From positions 21,461 to 85,460 of the forward strand of contig JBCBZB010000009.1 in the NCBI GenBank assembly GCA_039815565.1: a stretch of DNA of 64,000 nucleotides. The letters are read 5' to 3'. The stretch comes from Planctomycetota bacterium. Its GTDB lineage: Bacteria; Planctomycetota; UBA1135; UBA2386. A model generated the notes under the pieces. It was not told where the DNA came from and ran no database searches. It saw only the letters and a list, made by a program, of their open reading frames with translations. Of the stretch, positions 1 to 11,000 are shown piece after piece (the stretch's first letter is position 1; every line of letters starts with the position of its first letter). The position numbers were made by a program, and so were the translations under genes.

Positions 1-704
1 AAAAGCTACGGCGACCGGCCGACCACGACCCGGACGATGTCGATGCTCTCGCCGACGCCGTGTCGCGACCGACCCCTCCCTACGTCGACATGAGCTTCGG
101 CATGGGGCAGGACGGCTTCCCTGCGATCTGCATGACGCAGAAAGCCGCGAACACCTACAGCGAGTGGCTGAGCACACGCACCGAGCGCCGCTACCGACTC
201 CCGACCGAAGCCGAATGGGAATGGGCAGCCCGCGGCGGAACCGACACGGCCTACTGGTTCGGGAACGACGCCTCCGAGCTGGGCGAGCACGAGTGGTTCA
301 AGGGCAACAGCGAAGGGGTCTACCACCGCGTTGGAACCAAGTCCGCAAACCCCTACGGGTTGCACGACATCCTCGGCAACGTCAGCGAATGGACGCTCGA
401 TGCCTACGCGCCCTACGAACCCGCTGACGGAGAACTCGTCGCGCCGTTCGTCGAGCCTGAAACCGAGTACCCGCGAGTGGCCCGTGGCGGCTCCTTCCAA
501 GACAAGTCCAAGCGACTGCGCGTGGCCGCGCGTCGAGCCAGCCACCCGACCTGGAAGCAACGCGACCCACAGATTCCGAAGTCGGTGTGGTACCACACCG
601 ATGCCAAGTTCCTCGGCTTCCGCCTGGTGCGCGCCTGGGATCCCAATGCCTCGGACACGGCGGAACCGGGAGACGGCGACCCGAGCTCCGACGACGGACG
701 CTGA
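1..704 (+). CDS. FGE-sulfatase (SUMF1/EgtB/PvdO family) domain protein, 5' truncated by window
   Basis: Frame 3 is open from the window edge; motifs YRLPTEAEWEWAARGG, NPYGLHDILGNVSEW, RGGSF, GFRLVR. Confidence 0.9.
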   Translation, partial: KLRRPADHDPDDVDALADAVSRPTPPYVDMSFGMGQDGFPAICMTQKAANTYSEWLSTRTERRYRLPTEAEWEWAARGGTDTAYWFGNDASELGEHEWFKGNSEGVYHRVGTKSANPYGLHDILGNVSEWTLDAYAPYEPADGELVAPFVEPETEYPRVARGGSFQDKSKRLRVAARRASHPTWKQRDPQIPKSVWYHTDAKFLGFRLVRAWDPNASDTAEPGDGDPSSDDGR

Positions 705-708
705 GCCT

Positions 709-1722
709 TCAGTCCTTCAAGAAGGCATCCATCCGCTCGGCGATCTGACGAAGTCGCGCCTCGTCCCCACCTTGGACCTCGGCCGTGTACCAGCCGTCGT
801 AGCCGATCGCGTCGAGCGCAGCGACGACCTCTGGCCAGCCGGTATTGCCTTCACCGATTCCGACGCCGAACCCCGACCACGGACCGCTGTTCATCTGCTT
901 GTCGCGGCTGTAGTCCTTCACGTCGACCTTGAGGATGCGGGAGCCGAGCGCCTCGACCCAGTGAAGCGGCCATCCGTAGCGGACGAGGTTGCCGGCGTCG
1001 AAGTAGAAGCCGACCGGCGGGCGACCATCCTCGAGCTCGACTCCATCGTTGAGCGTGTCGACGTAGAGCGCCGCCTCGAGAGGGCTGAGAAGGAAGTTGT
1101 TCCAGACGTTCTCCAGCGCGATCTGGATCCCGCTTTCTCGACACACCGGCAAGATCTTCCGGATCTCTTGGATTGAGCGCTCCCATGCGGACTGGTAGCT
1201 GACCGAGCCGTTGACGACCGCTGGCACGAGGAGGACCGTACTCGCGCCCACCGACGGCGCGAGCCGGATCGCGGACTCGAACGCCTCCCGCCCCTCGCTC
1301 CGCACCTTCTCGTCCGGCGATGACAAGGGCAGCTGCCAGTGCTTCGAACCGACGAGCCCGTGCACCTCAATCCCCGCCGCGGCCGCCGCTTCGTTCAGTT
1401 CCTCCGCATCCCAGCCACCCGGCGCCGCCGGCTCGACGCCGTCGAAGCCCAGGTCGCGGAGCAGCTGCAGCTTGTCGCGCAACGACGCATCGCCCTGGAC
1501 CATGCCGAGCTTCACGGCCTTCTTTCGGACCTTCGGACCACGGTGAGCAACCTCCGAGGCCAAGGAGCATTCCGAGCCGGACCGAGACCCGACCTTCGAG
1601 TCGGCCGAGGATGACGAATCGCCCTCGCCACCGAAAGGACGGAAGGCGAGGCCAGGAACCGCGAGACCAGCCGAGGCTGCGAGGAACGAGCGACGGGACG
1701 ACGTGGAGGAGGAAGCGCGCAT
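709..1722 (-). CDS. Tat-exported sugar phosphate isomerase/epimerase (xylose isomerase-like TIM barrel, AP_endonuc_2)
   Basis: SRRSFL Tat signal; GFDGVE, IALENVWNNFLLSP, FDAGN, DVKDY, YTAEV metal-binding motifs. Confidence 0.88.
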   Translation of the reverse strand: MRASSSTSSRRSFLAASAGLAVPGLAFRPFGGEGDSSSSADSKVGSRSGSECSLASEVAHRGPKVRKKAVKLGMVQGDASLRDKLQLLRDLGFDGVEPAAPGGWDAEELNEAAAAAGIEVHGLVGSKHWQLPLSSPDEKVRSEGREAFESAIRLAPSVGASTVLLVPAVVNGSVSYQSAWERSIQEIRKILPVCRESGIQIALENVWNNFLLSPLEAALYVDTLNDGVELEDGRPPVGFYFDAGNLVRYGWPLHWVEALGSRILKVDVKDYSRDKQMNSGPWSGFGVGIGEGNTGWPEVVAALDAIGYDGWYTAEVQGGDEARLRQIAERMDAFLKD

Positions 1723-1728
1723 TCTGCT

Positions 1729-1734
1729 AGTGTA
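1729..1734 (-). promoter_or_regulatory. Putative -10 box (TACACT) of a leaderless transcript
   Basis: TANNNT hexamer exactly 6 nt upstream of ATG 1722, with no Shine-Dalgarno. Confidence 0.5.
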
Positions 1735-1758
1735 GTGGTGCCCTCGACGCTTCTCGCC

Positions 1759-3030
1759 ATGACTGATTCCTCCCGCCGCACCTTCCTCGGCGCCGCAGCC
1801 GCGGTCAGCACCCTCCCCGTCACCAAGTCGCCGCTCTTCAAGAAGCGTCCCGACGAACTCCGCGTCGGCCTGATCGGTTGCGGAGGCCGAGGCACCGGAG
1901 CAGCGTCACAAGCCCTGCGCGCGGACTCGGAAGCCCGACTCGTGGCCATGGGCGATGCGTTCGGTGACCGACTCGATCGGTCTTTCAATGGTCTCCAATC
2001 GACCGACGTCGCCGAGCAGCTCGACGTCCCTGAGTCGCGTCGCTTCACCGGCTTCAACGCATTCCAACAGGTGATCGATCAAGACCTCGACGTCGTGATC
2101 CTCGCCTCGCCCCCGCACTTCCGCCCGCATCACCTCAAGGCAGCGATCGACAAGGGCCTCCACGTCTTCGCCGAGAAGCCGGTTGCCGTCGACGCTCCTG
2201 GCCTCCACTCGGTCTTGGACTCGTGCCGCCGAGCGAAGGAGAAGAATCTCAACGTGGTCAGCGGTCTCTGCTATCGCTACCACGAAGGTCGCCAGGCGAT
2301 CATGAAGGAGATCCACGAAGGTCGCATCGGAGAGATCCGTTCGCTCAACGCGAACTACATCACCGGCGGCCTGTGGAGCCACGCTCGCACTCCCGAGTGG
2401 TCGGACATGGAATGGCAGGTCCGCAACTGGATCTACTTCACCTGGCTCAGCGGGGACCACATCGCGGAGCAGCACATTCACAGCCTGGATGTGATGGCCT
2501 GGGCGATGCAGGACAAATACCCGGTGTCGGCCCTCTCGATGGGCGGCCGCCAGTCCCGCGTGCAGCCGGAATACGGCCACGTGTTCGACCACTTTTCCAC
2601 CATCTTCGAGTGGGAGAACGGCGTGAAGGGGCACTCGTACTGCCGCCAGCAGGTCGGCTGCGATCGCGACGTGAACGACTACATCTACGGTCAAACCGGC
2701 GATGCCAACGTTTTCCGCCACCGCATCACCGGTGAGAACCCGTGGCAATACGACGGTGACGAAGGCGCGATGTTCGGCGCGATGTACCAGAACGAGCACG
2801 ACGAGCTGTTCAAGGCCATCCGCGGCAAGGGCGACACGATCAACAACGGCGAATACATGTGCAACAGCACGATGATGGCCGTGATGGGGCGTATGTCCGC
2901 CTACACCGGCAAGAAGATCACTTGGGATCAGGCCTGGGAATCCGAGGAAATCCTCGGCCCGGACAGCTACGAGTTCGGCTCGATTGACGTTCCGGAGATC
3001 GCCCGTCCGGGCATCACACCGTTCCGCTGA
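1759..3030 (+). CDS. Tat-exported Gfo/Idh/MocA family oxidoreductase
   Basis: SRRTFL Tat signal; VGLIGCGGRG Rossmann motif, AEKP, GDHIAEQHIHSLD; ATG 1759 preferred over GTG 1735. Confidence 0.92.
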   Translation: MTDSSRRTFLGAAAAVSTLPVTKSPLFKKRPDELRVGLIGCGGRGTGAASQALRADSEARLVAMGDAFGDRLDRSFNGLQSTDVAEQLDVPESRRFTGFNAFQQVIDQDLDVVILASPPHFRPHHLKAAIDKGLHVFAEKPVAVDAPGLHSVLDSCRRAKEKNLNVVSGLCYRYHEGRQAIMKEIHEGRIGEIRSLNANYITGGLWSHARTPEWSDMEWQVRNWIYFTWLSGDHIAEQHIHSLDVMAWAMQDKYPVSALSMGGRQSRVQPEYGHVFDHFSTIFEWENGVKGHSYCRQQVGCDRDVNDYIYGQTGDANVFRHRITGENPWQYDGDEGAMFGAMYQNEHDELFKAIRGKGDTINNGEYMCNSTMMAVMGRMSAYTGKKITWDQAWESEEILGPDSYEFGSIDVPEIARPGITPFR

Positions 3031-3707
3031 GCACCCAAGGGGGCGACGGCCGAATCGGTGGACAGCGCCCGAGATGCTCTGCGCATCAAGCAGGGCACCA
3101 AGGCGACGACGCCGAGAGCCACCACCAGACTCCCCATCGTGTCGCTCGGGTGGTGACCCCACTCGCGCACACGCACCACCGCTGTCCCGAATCCCAGCGC
3201 GAGAAGGAGCGGAGACGCGCCGGGATACAGACGCGCGAGCATCAACGTGGCACCGAACGCGACAGCGACGTGCTCACTCGGAAAGCACAGGTCAGTGCCG
3301 TCGAACGGGCGATCGCCCAGTGGCGCTGTCTCCCACCCCTCGTAGCCGGCGCCGAATCGTAGATCAGGCCGACGAACGACGATCTTCAGGAGTGCGGCTA
3401 CTCCACCACTGATCCCTGCACTCATCAGGACGTAGCCGCCGACGGTCATCGCTCGCACCCGCCGCCGCGAACCGGAAGACGCCAGAACGAACGCGCTGAC
3501 CAACACGAACCAGGTCGGGATGTAGCCTGCGATCCGCAGCAGACGCTGCATGTCCGACAACCGGTTCCCGGGAGCGGGAATCGATCGAAGGATGTAGCCG
3601 TCGAGCAGCAAGGCGATCACGAACACGCTCAGCGACGCGAACCACATCCAGGATCGAATCGGCGCGAGCTTGGGCTCGTGAACGAAGGAGCGTGAGTGAG
3701 CGAGCAT
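2967..3707 (-). CDS. PAP2 family membrane phosphatase
   Basis: PAP2-like motifs KIVVRRP, FPSEH, RVREWGHHPSD; several hydrophobic helices. Confidence 0.8.
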   Translation of the reverse strand: MLAHSRSFVHEPKLAPIRSWMWFASLSVFVIALLLDGYILRSIPAPGNRLSDMQRLLRIAGYIPTWFVLVSAFVLASSGSRRRVRAMTVGGYVLMSAGISGGVAALLKIVVRRPDLRFGAGYEGWETAPLGDRPFDGTDLCFPSEHVAVAFGATLMLARLYPGASPLLLALGFGTAVVRVREWGHHPSDTMGSLVVALGVVALVPCLMRRASRALSTDSAVAPLGAQRNGVMPGRAISGTSIEPNS

Positions 3708-3716
3708 GGCGAACAG

Positions 3717-5354
3717 TCAGTCGAGCATTCCCGAATAGATGGCGGTGTAGACCGGGCGGTCCCGGTCGCGCTGACGAGCAAATCCGAGCAACTCAAACTC
3801 CCTCAGAGCGAAGGTCCCTCGCCACAGACGGGCTTCGCCGCCGACCAGCACGACACGCTGCCCCTCGATCGTCGAATCGGGAAGCGCTCGATGCGGAAAG
3901 TCGTCGTAGCTGGAACTCCGAAGGGAGATCGCGTTGGAAGCACATCGTACCTGGGGCTTTCCAGCTCCGTAGAACGCCAACAGAGCGGTGCGGCTGTAGT
4001 AGTTCGCGACCACGGGAATCGTCGCGGCCTGCTCGCCGAACCGATCGCGGACCAGCATCTCGACCTCCACCGCGAAACTCTGGTTGCTCTCCACTCGACG
4101 CAGCGGCGAGCCCCAGTCCTGGCCGAACAGCCCGCCCACGACCGGAACAGCACGAGCCAGGAGCGGAGCAGACAGGAGGAGAACGGTCGTGACGAGGAAC
4201 CGGAATCGCAGTGCCGGCAGGATCCAACGACGATGCGACGAGCACCCGCGCAGCAGCCACTCGGCGCCCAGAGGAATCAAGGGGACGTAACCCCCGACGA
4301 TCCAGTTGCCTTCGATCTCCGTAGAGAACGAAGCTACGAGGTAGACCACGAACACCGGCGCCGCCGCGCCGAGGCTGATCCAAACGACGGGGTTGGGACT
4401 TCGCCACCAGCGCAGGACCCCTGCGGCCAACGACAGACCCGCGAAGGGCCCGGCCACCCCGATCACGAGCCCGAAGTAGCCGACCGTCCACATCGGACTC
4501 CACGACCTGCGTTCCGAACCCTCTCCGAGATCCAAGTGCCCCAGGACGTGTCGGAACGTTGCCCAGTCATGCTGGGAGTTCCAGATCACAACCGGCACGA
4601 GACCGAGCAGCGAGATTCCGATGGCGGCGGACAACGCAGCTCCTGCACGGAAGCCCGGTCGGTCGGCCCCGTCGCGCTGCGGGTTTCGGCGAGCACGAAC
4701 ACCGGAGAACGCGAGGAGCATCCCCAACGCCGCGAGTCCGATGGTGAACTTCGCCAAGAGGCCGAGCGCGACCAGGACTCCGAAGGCGATCGCTGGCCCG
4801 ATCGGCGAGCGACCTTGCTCGAGCCGGCGCCAAGCCCACAAGGCCATGGCGAACGACCCGGTCCAACAGGTCAGCATCGGCGCATCGATCGTCATCACGA
4901 AGCCCGAGAACTGTGTCCCCAGAATTGCCTCGAAGCCGATCGCAGACCAGATCGCGACCAGGCGATGCCCCCGCGACATCATCGCGCCCGCAACGCCGCT
5001 GAAGAACACCGATCCCCCTGCACACAGGTAGGCCGGAAGCCGCACGCCCAACTCGGTCTCGCCGACCAGGGCCGTCGAAAGATCGATCAACCAGGCGACG
5101 AGTGGACCCTTGGTGTGGTAGCTCCAGTCAGGGTAGCGACTCCAATCCCAGTAACGCGCTTCGTCTTCGACGAGCGGTACCGGCCAGACCATTCCAGAGA
5201 AGACGAGCCGCAGCAGGAAGCTGCCCACTGCGATCGCGACAACGGGCGGCAGCCAGGTGCGCGGAGTAGCCCACTGCCCCGGCCCAAACGCCTCGGTCCT
5301 CGACACGGAACTACACGAGCCCGAGTCGCTCGAGACTGCCGAGACGCGTTCCAC
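3717..5354 (-). CDS. ArnT/PMT-2-like GT-C glycosyltransferase
   Basis: EDEARYWDWSR..DWSYHTKGPLVAW, GVRLP, TIDAP, GLLAKFT, WNSQHDW; many TM helices. Confidence 0.85.
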   Translation of the reverse strand: MERVSAVSSDSGSCSSVSRTEAFGPGQWATPRTWLPPVVAIAVGSFLLRLVFSGMVWPVPLVEDEARYWDWSRYPDWSYHTKGPLVAWLIDLSTALVGETELGVRLPAYLCAGGSVFFSGVAGAMMSRGHRLVAIWSAIGFEAILGTQFSGFVMTIDAPMLTCWTGSFAMALWAWRRLEQGRSPIGPAIAFGVLVALGLLAKFTIGLAALGMLLAFSGVRARRNPQRDGADRPGFRAGAALSAAIGISLLGLVPVVIWNSQHDWATFRHVLGHLDLGEGSERRSWSPMWTVGYFGLVIGVAGPFAGLSLAAGVLRWWRSPNPVVWISLGAAAPVFVVYLVASFSTEIEGNWIVGGYVPLIPLGAEWLLRGCSSHRRWILPALRFRFLVTTVLLLSAPLLARAVPVVGGLFGQDWGSPLRRVESNQSFAVEVEMLVRDRFGEQAATIPVVANYYSRTALLAFYGAGKPQVRCASNAISLRSSSYDDFPHRALPDSTIEGQRVVLVGGEARLWRGTFALREFELLGFARQRDRDRPVYTAIYSGMLD

Positions 5355-5371
5355 GCGAGTCGCCCCCGACC

Positions 5372-5869
5372 TCAGTCTTCCTCGAGCTTGTCGGCCCGAA
5401 CGAGCTCGCGCAACTCTCCGGCCGCGGTGCCGTCGAGCGAGGCCCAGTCCTCGAGATCAATCGAGACACGTGCCAAGGCGGCCGTCGGGAACGGGGTCAA
5501 CGCCTTCGCAAAACTGGTCGCGAGCTGTTCCAGGCCCGGGTTGTGGGCGACGAGTAGCACGGTCTTGGCCTCACCACCGTGCTTGCGAACGTTCGCCAGG
5601 AGTTCGGCCGGAGCGGCCAGGTAGAGGTCTTCGAGGCGTAGGATCGTGGCCTCACAGCCGGCCGCCTGGACGCAGAGTTCGGCGGTCTGGGCCGCACGTT
5701 TCGCCGTCGAGCTCAAGACGAGATCCGGACAAACGTCGTGATCTCGGAGAAAGCGACCGACCGCTGGAGCCGATCTAAGGCCCCGGGCATTGAGCTCGCG
5801 ATCATGGTCGCGAACCTGCTCGTCGTCCCAGGAGGACTTCGCGTGGCGCAGCAACTGGAGTTCGAGCAT
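5372..5869 (-). CDS. sixA: Phosphohistidine phosphatase SixA
   Basis: LLRHAKSSW, DHDRELNARG, SSTAKRA, VAHNPGL. Confidence 0.9.
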   Translation of the reverse strand: MLELQLLRHAKSSWDDEQVRDHDRELNARGLRSAPAVGRFLRDHDVCPDLVLSSTAKRAAQTAELCVQAAGCEATILRLEDLYLAAPAELLANVRKHGGEAKTVLLVAHNPGLEQLATSFAKALTPFPTAALARVSIDLEDWASLDGTAAGELRELVRADKLEED

Positions 5870-5872
5870 GCG

Positions 5873-7120
5873 TCAGACCTCCGACTCTTGGACCGGGAGC
5901 CCACGCTCGCGGAACGTCATCATGAAGAACACGAGCACGATGAGCGCCGCTCCAGCCGGAGCGGCCCAGAACGTCTCCCAATCCGTGATCTTCTGGTCGC
6001 CGTTCACCTCGGTGACCTCCGAGTGGAGCCACACCATCGCACGCGTGCCGAGCCCGATTCCGAGCCCCTGGGTGAGAAGGACCAGGAACCCCTGAGCCTG
6101 GCCACGGATCTCGCTCGACGCGAACCGGTCGACGTAGATCTGCCCGGTGACGAAGAAGAAGTCGTAGCAGATGCCGTGCAGCGCGATGCCCGCGAGGACG
6201 AGCGTTCGGACCTGCTCCTCCGCGGCCAGAGCGAACAGGCCGTAGCGAACACCCCAGGCCGCCATACCGACCGCCAGCATCCACTTCACGCCAAGCCGTC
6301 GGAAGCACCACGGCATGACGAGCATGAACAGCACTTCGGCACCCTGTCCGACGGTCATCGTCGCCCCGGGAGCCTCGTAGCCGACGACTTTGGCGTAGCT
6401 CTGCGCGAACGCGTAGTAGGCCGCGAGCGGCAGACAGACGAGGAACGACGACAGCGCGAAGATCAGGAAGTTCTTGTCGCGCAGGAGACCGACGGCACGG
6501 ATGCCGAGAGACTCCGCCAGCGAGAAGGCCTGACCGCGGCCGGGCGGCTCAGTGTGCGGCAAAGTCCAGGCGAACACGCCCAGTGCGATCGAAGCGGCGC
6601 CGGCGACGACGAACTGCACGCTCTTCTCGTCGGCTTCCAGGACCTGGGACACCACGAGACCGGCGACGATCCAGCCGATCGTGCCGAAGACCCGGACGAT
6701 CGGGAACTGCCGCTCACGATCGGGCAAGTGTCGAAACGCCAATGCACTCGTCAGCCCGAGCGTCGGCATGTAGCAGAGCATGTAGGCGAAGACGATCCAG
6801 CCGAACAGGCCATCATCCCCGGCCTTCGTGTAGCTCGGGAGCAGGAGCATCAGCCCGCCGCCGAGGACGTGAAGAACCGCGAGCACTCTCTGCGTGGCGA
6901 AGAATCGGTCGGCGATCATTCCGAGGAAGACCGGCGACAGAACCGCGGCGATCGCCGGAGCTGTGTAGACCCAACCCCGAACATCCTCCCCGATGATCGG
7001 ACCGAATCCGGTGCCTTCGGCGACGACGAAGTTCCCGATCGTGACGAACCACGCCCCCCAGACGAAGAACTGCAGGAACATCATTCCCGCGAGCCTGGGA
7101 ACGAGAGAGGACTCGAGCAT
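5873..7120 (-). CDS. MFS nucleoside:H+ symporter family permease (NupG/YegT-like)
   Basis: MMFLQFFVWGAW, IADRFF, FPIVRVFGTIGWI, HGICYDFFFVTGQIYVD. Confidence 0.9.
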   Translation of the reverse strand: MLESSLVPRLAGMMFLQFFVWGAWFVTIGNFVVAEGTGFGPIIGEDVRGWVYTAPAIAAVLSPVFLGMIADRFFATQRVLAVLHVLGGGLMLLLPSYTKAGDDGLFGWIVFAYMLCYMPTLGLTSALAFRHLPDRERQFPIVRVFGTIGWIVAGLVVSQVLEADEKSVQFVVAGAASIALGVFAWTLPHTEPPGRGQAFSLAESLGIRAVGLLRDKNFLIFALSSFLVCLPLAAYYAFAQSYAKVVGYEAPGATMTVGQGAEVLFMLVMPWCFRRLGVKWMLAVGMAAWGVRYGLFALAAEEQVRTLVLAGIALHGICYDFFFVTGQIYVDRFASSEIRGQAQGFLVLLTQGLGIGLGTRAMVWLHSEVTEVNGDQKITDWETFWAAPAGAALIVLVFFMMTFRERGLPVQESEV

Positions 7121-7177
7121 CCCCGGATGATGCCCGCCCGCCGTGCTCGGGGAAACACTCGACGTCGGTCGAGCGAC

Positions 7178-8068
7178 TCAGCGGGACTCGGGAGTGGCCA
7201 GAATCGCTTCCAACTCCGGCTGCAGAACGTCCGCGAGCGCTGCGTGGGCAGGTCCGTCAGGGAAACCCGTCAACGGATGCAGCCGGACGCCTCCCTCGAC
7301 GAGCGACACACGACGGACCGCGAACTGCTCGCAGAGGGATTCAGCCTGCGGCTCCGCTCCAGTGTCGACGAACACCGGAACCGCTCCGACCGCGGCCGCC
7401 CGATCACGCAAGGCGGCCAAAGCCGGAACCACCGGACCGAGCTCTTCGTCCCCACGCTCTTCATCCACGGATCCCGACGCCAGAGAAAGGACCTGCGAGA
7501 TCGCAGGCACCAGACCTCCGACGAAACCCCGCTGTTCGAGTCCCCCGCGGATGTTCCGCAGGCGCTTCGACAACCCACCACGCAAGCGGTCGACGAGCAC
7601 CAAGACTCGCGGCCCGGAAGGATCGCCCGCAGCGAAGCTCGCCTGCTCGAGCATCGAACCGAACTCGAAGCGCGTGACGAACGGGTGCGAATGCACACGC
7701 AGTGAGACACCGAGCGGTCGACAGGCTTGGACGACGAAGCTTTGACCGGCACGAACGCCGTAGCCAAAGGCCAGACTCGAACCGACGACCACCACCTCGC
7801 CCTTCCCCGGCTGCCCGTCCAGCGACAGGCCGATCCGCTCGCCGGAGCCGTCGGCGCCGATCCCACCGATTCCGTCTCCGACACGGTTCTCCACTGCATC
7901 GACGAGCACGGGCCTCCGTTCTCTCTCAGCCGTCACCGAAGCGAGAAGACGGAAGTCTGAGAAGCGACTGATCCGAAGCGGGTCGACCGTGGTGATCGTC
8001 CATTCGAGTAGGACGACGCCAAGCGCAATTGCCCCGACGATCACAAGCGCTAGCCGAAGACGACTCAC
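7178..8068 (-). CDS. Membrane-anchored hypothetical protein, possibly degenerate SGNH-like
   Basis: N-terminal TM helix; VVGSSLAFGYGV resembles a GDS block; 4-nt overlap with the ccsBA stop. Confidence 0.55.
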   Translation of the reverse strand: MSRLRLALVIVGAIALGVVLLEWTITTVDPLRISRFSDFRLLASVTAERERRPVLVDAVENRVGDGIGGIGADGSGERIGLSLDGQPGKGEVVVVGSSLAFGYGVRAGQSFVVQACRPLGVSLRVHSHPFVTRFEFGSMLEQASFAAGDPSGPRVLVLVDRLRGGLSKRLRNIRGGLEQRGFVGGLVPAISQVLSLASGSVDEERGDEELGPVVPALAALRDRAAAVGAVPVFVDTGAEPQAESLCEQFAVRRVSLVEGGVRLHPLTGFPDGPAHAALADVLQPELEAILATPESR

Positions 8069-11000
8069 TCGGTTGCGAGCCCCTCTTCACCACCTGCCTG
8101 GTCCGCGGCTCCCTCCTTCGACTCCCCGCGCGTGCGGTTGTCGGCGGCGTTGTGCAGCAGGAAAGCAGCCAGACCCCCTCCGAGCGCGACGAACAGTTCG
8201 AAGTAGTAGCCGGTCTCGATCACCTGTTTGAGGCCAGCCTGGAAGCCGTAGCTGTGGAGCCCGACGCCCATCAGGTTCACTCCGAACCAGGAGTAGAGAA
8301 CGACGATGTTCGACAGCGACGTCAGGACCGCAATCCCGAAGTCCCGAACGAGACCTGCGATCCGCGAGTGCAGGATCACAAGGCCGCAGATCACGATGAG
8401 CAGGGCTCCGTTCTCCTTCGGATCCCAACCCCAGAATCGCCCCCAGGAGTCGGCAGCCCAGACGCCCCCGAGAATCGTGCCGACCGTCGACGTGATGACT
8501 CCGAGCGCGAGAGCGCCGTACATCACACGCCCGATGTCCCGATACCGCGAGTAGCGCACGTCCTCGCCACCCCGCAGACGACGCACGCCGCCGAAGATCT
8601 TCGTGAACAGGTAGGCGTGGCCGAGCACCCCGGCGACCAACATCGCCATGTAGCCGAGGTTGATCGTGGTGACGTGAATCGCGAGCCAGAAATTCGAATC
8701 CAGCACGGCCTGCAGCTGCGGCATCGTGTCCTCGGCGCTGAACACCTCGAACCGACGGGCGGCGAACATTCCGGCCGCTCCGAGCAGAGCTCCGACGGTC
8801 AAGCTCACGCGGTTCCGCTGAATCCACTCGGACACGAGGCAGATCACGACGGCGGTGCCGGTGATGAACAAGATGGTCTCGTAGAGCGTTGAGATCGGCG
8901 GACGCTCACGCAGGAGGCAGCGTTCGGTCACTCCACCGACGACGAGCACCGCTCCGAGGGTGACGATGGCTCCGGCGATCCGACCGATCCACTTCGAACG
9001 TGGCATCGCCCAGCTCAGAAGAACTACGTGGAATCCGATCAGGAAGGTCACCAGCGCGCGGAAGAACCAATCTCGATCGGTGAACGAGACCTCCTGCGAG
9101 ATCTTGCCGAACTCGCCACGCTTCTCCGCACCCTCCTGCGCACCCCGAACGAAGGCCAGCGCGGCCGTCTCGAACTCGACTTGCCCCTGGGGCGCTGCGG
9201 CGACGACAAGGGCGACAGACCGGACGAGCTCGACTTCCTGTAGGCGATCGACTCCTGGTTCACCGACGGCCTTCACGAGGTCGGGCAGGTGATACCAAGC
9301 CTCCTGCTCGGTTCGCGACGGCGGGATCCAGAACCAGGTTGCGTCCTGCCCCGCGCCATCCTTGAGAACCTGTCGGATCGCGCCGCTCGTCTGTTGGTCG
9401 ATCGGTGCACCCGCGGCCTCTTGGATCTCGAGCAGATAGATCAGTCGATCGAAGGACTCCGACGCCGTGAGCTGCCCGGAACCATCGTCTTGGGAGACCA
9501 ACGGAACGGGGTTCCGCAACGGTTCGAAGACCGACCGAAGCGAGTAGAGCGCAACCAGGTCCTGCCACAGCGTCAGTCCCTGCTTCTGGAGGCGACTCCG
9601 AGAATCCTCAGGGATGTCGGCCATCCGCTGAACTTCGGAGAACATCTTCCGGAAGAACGGTTTGAACTCCCTCAGAGAGTGACGGTCCCGCTTCCGGCGC
9701 TCGATCTCCTGGATGCCGAACAGCACGAACACGTCGCGGTCCGTGACTTCGATGCATCGGTAGTCTTCCGCCTGCTCGGGGAAGAACATGAAGTCGAGGA
9801 GCCATTCACTCGCGCTGAGCTTCGTCCCGGCGAGTCGACCGAAGAGCGCTTCGCCCTCCGCGCCTTCCTGCAGTTCGTGCGTCGTGCGGTTGTTGATCCG
9901 CATCAGGAAGGTCCGCGCGAAGGTGTCGAGCGGCATCACCCGCCCGCCGAACTGCAGCGGCCAACGGCGCGCGGTCTCGAGGAACTCCTCGCCGTAGTCC
10001 CAAGTCCGCACGGCGATCGGCAACGGCTCGACCCGCGGCAGGTCCGAGCCCTCCCGCGGAAGCTCTTGACCATTGGCGGGCATCGACAGCCCGAGCCCGA
10101 GGAGCACTGCACCACCAGCGCGCAGGATCGTGCGCAGGAATCCGCGGGAGAACTTCGATCGATCGTCGACGGACATCTTGAGCAGGTAACGGCGCAGCAT
10201 CGCTCCAAAGTGCCAGAGCATGCCGAGCGCGATGACACCACAACTCCACCAGGGCAGGGTGTCGACGGGGTTCCGTGACACGGCGAACTGCGAGTAGTAG
10301 TCGTCGGGCCCCGGATTGGCGTTCAACGCTCCGTAGCTCTCCTGATAGATCACGAACTCGTCCTTGTGGAGCGGCTCGTTCATCCGGATCGGAGCGGACT
10401 CGCGACCGTTCTCGTCGTAGACGTCGACGACCGATTCAAAGAGGCGCGGCCGACCGGAGTTCGGGTGGAACTCGACCGTGAAGTCGTCGAGCCCGAGCTC
10501 GAACGGCAGTTTCCAGACGCGCTTGCGTAGTGCGAGACGGAACTTCCGACCGCTGAGATCCAGAGCGACTCCACTCGGACGATCGCCGAATGGATCGCTC
10601 ACCGCCCAGAGGAAGTTCGTCATCGGCTCCCCAGTGTCGGGAACCATCTCGAAGTAGACCCCCGGCTGATTGCGCGAGTGCTCCTTCGAGTCGTTCGCGA
10701 TCGGGCGCAGCAGGTAGCCGTCGACGACCGGAGCGCTCAGACGACCACCGACCCGACGTCCGTCGAGCAGCTCGGCGTTCTCCGCGAAACGGCTGAGCCG
10801 TAGCTCGAAAGGCCAGTCGGGCGCGCGAAGGGTCAGCTCGTTTTCGACCGTGGCCGAGCCGAGTTCGGTGCTCGGAACGGTCCACTGGCGGAACTGCGAC
10901 TCGCCCTCGACGGACGACAGCTCCTCCTGAACCGTGAGGTCCCAGTAGTGGTAACTCTGGAAGACGTCGCCCCGCTCCTTCTCGACCAGGCGGACGGCGC

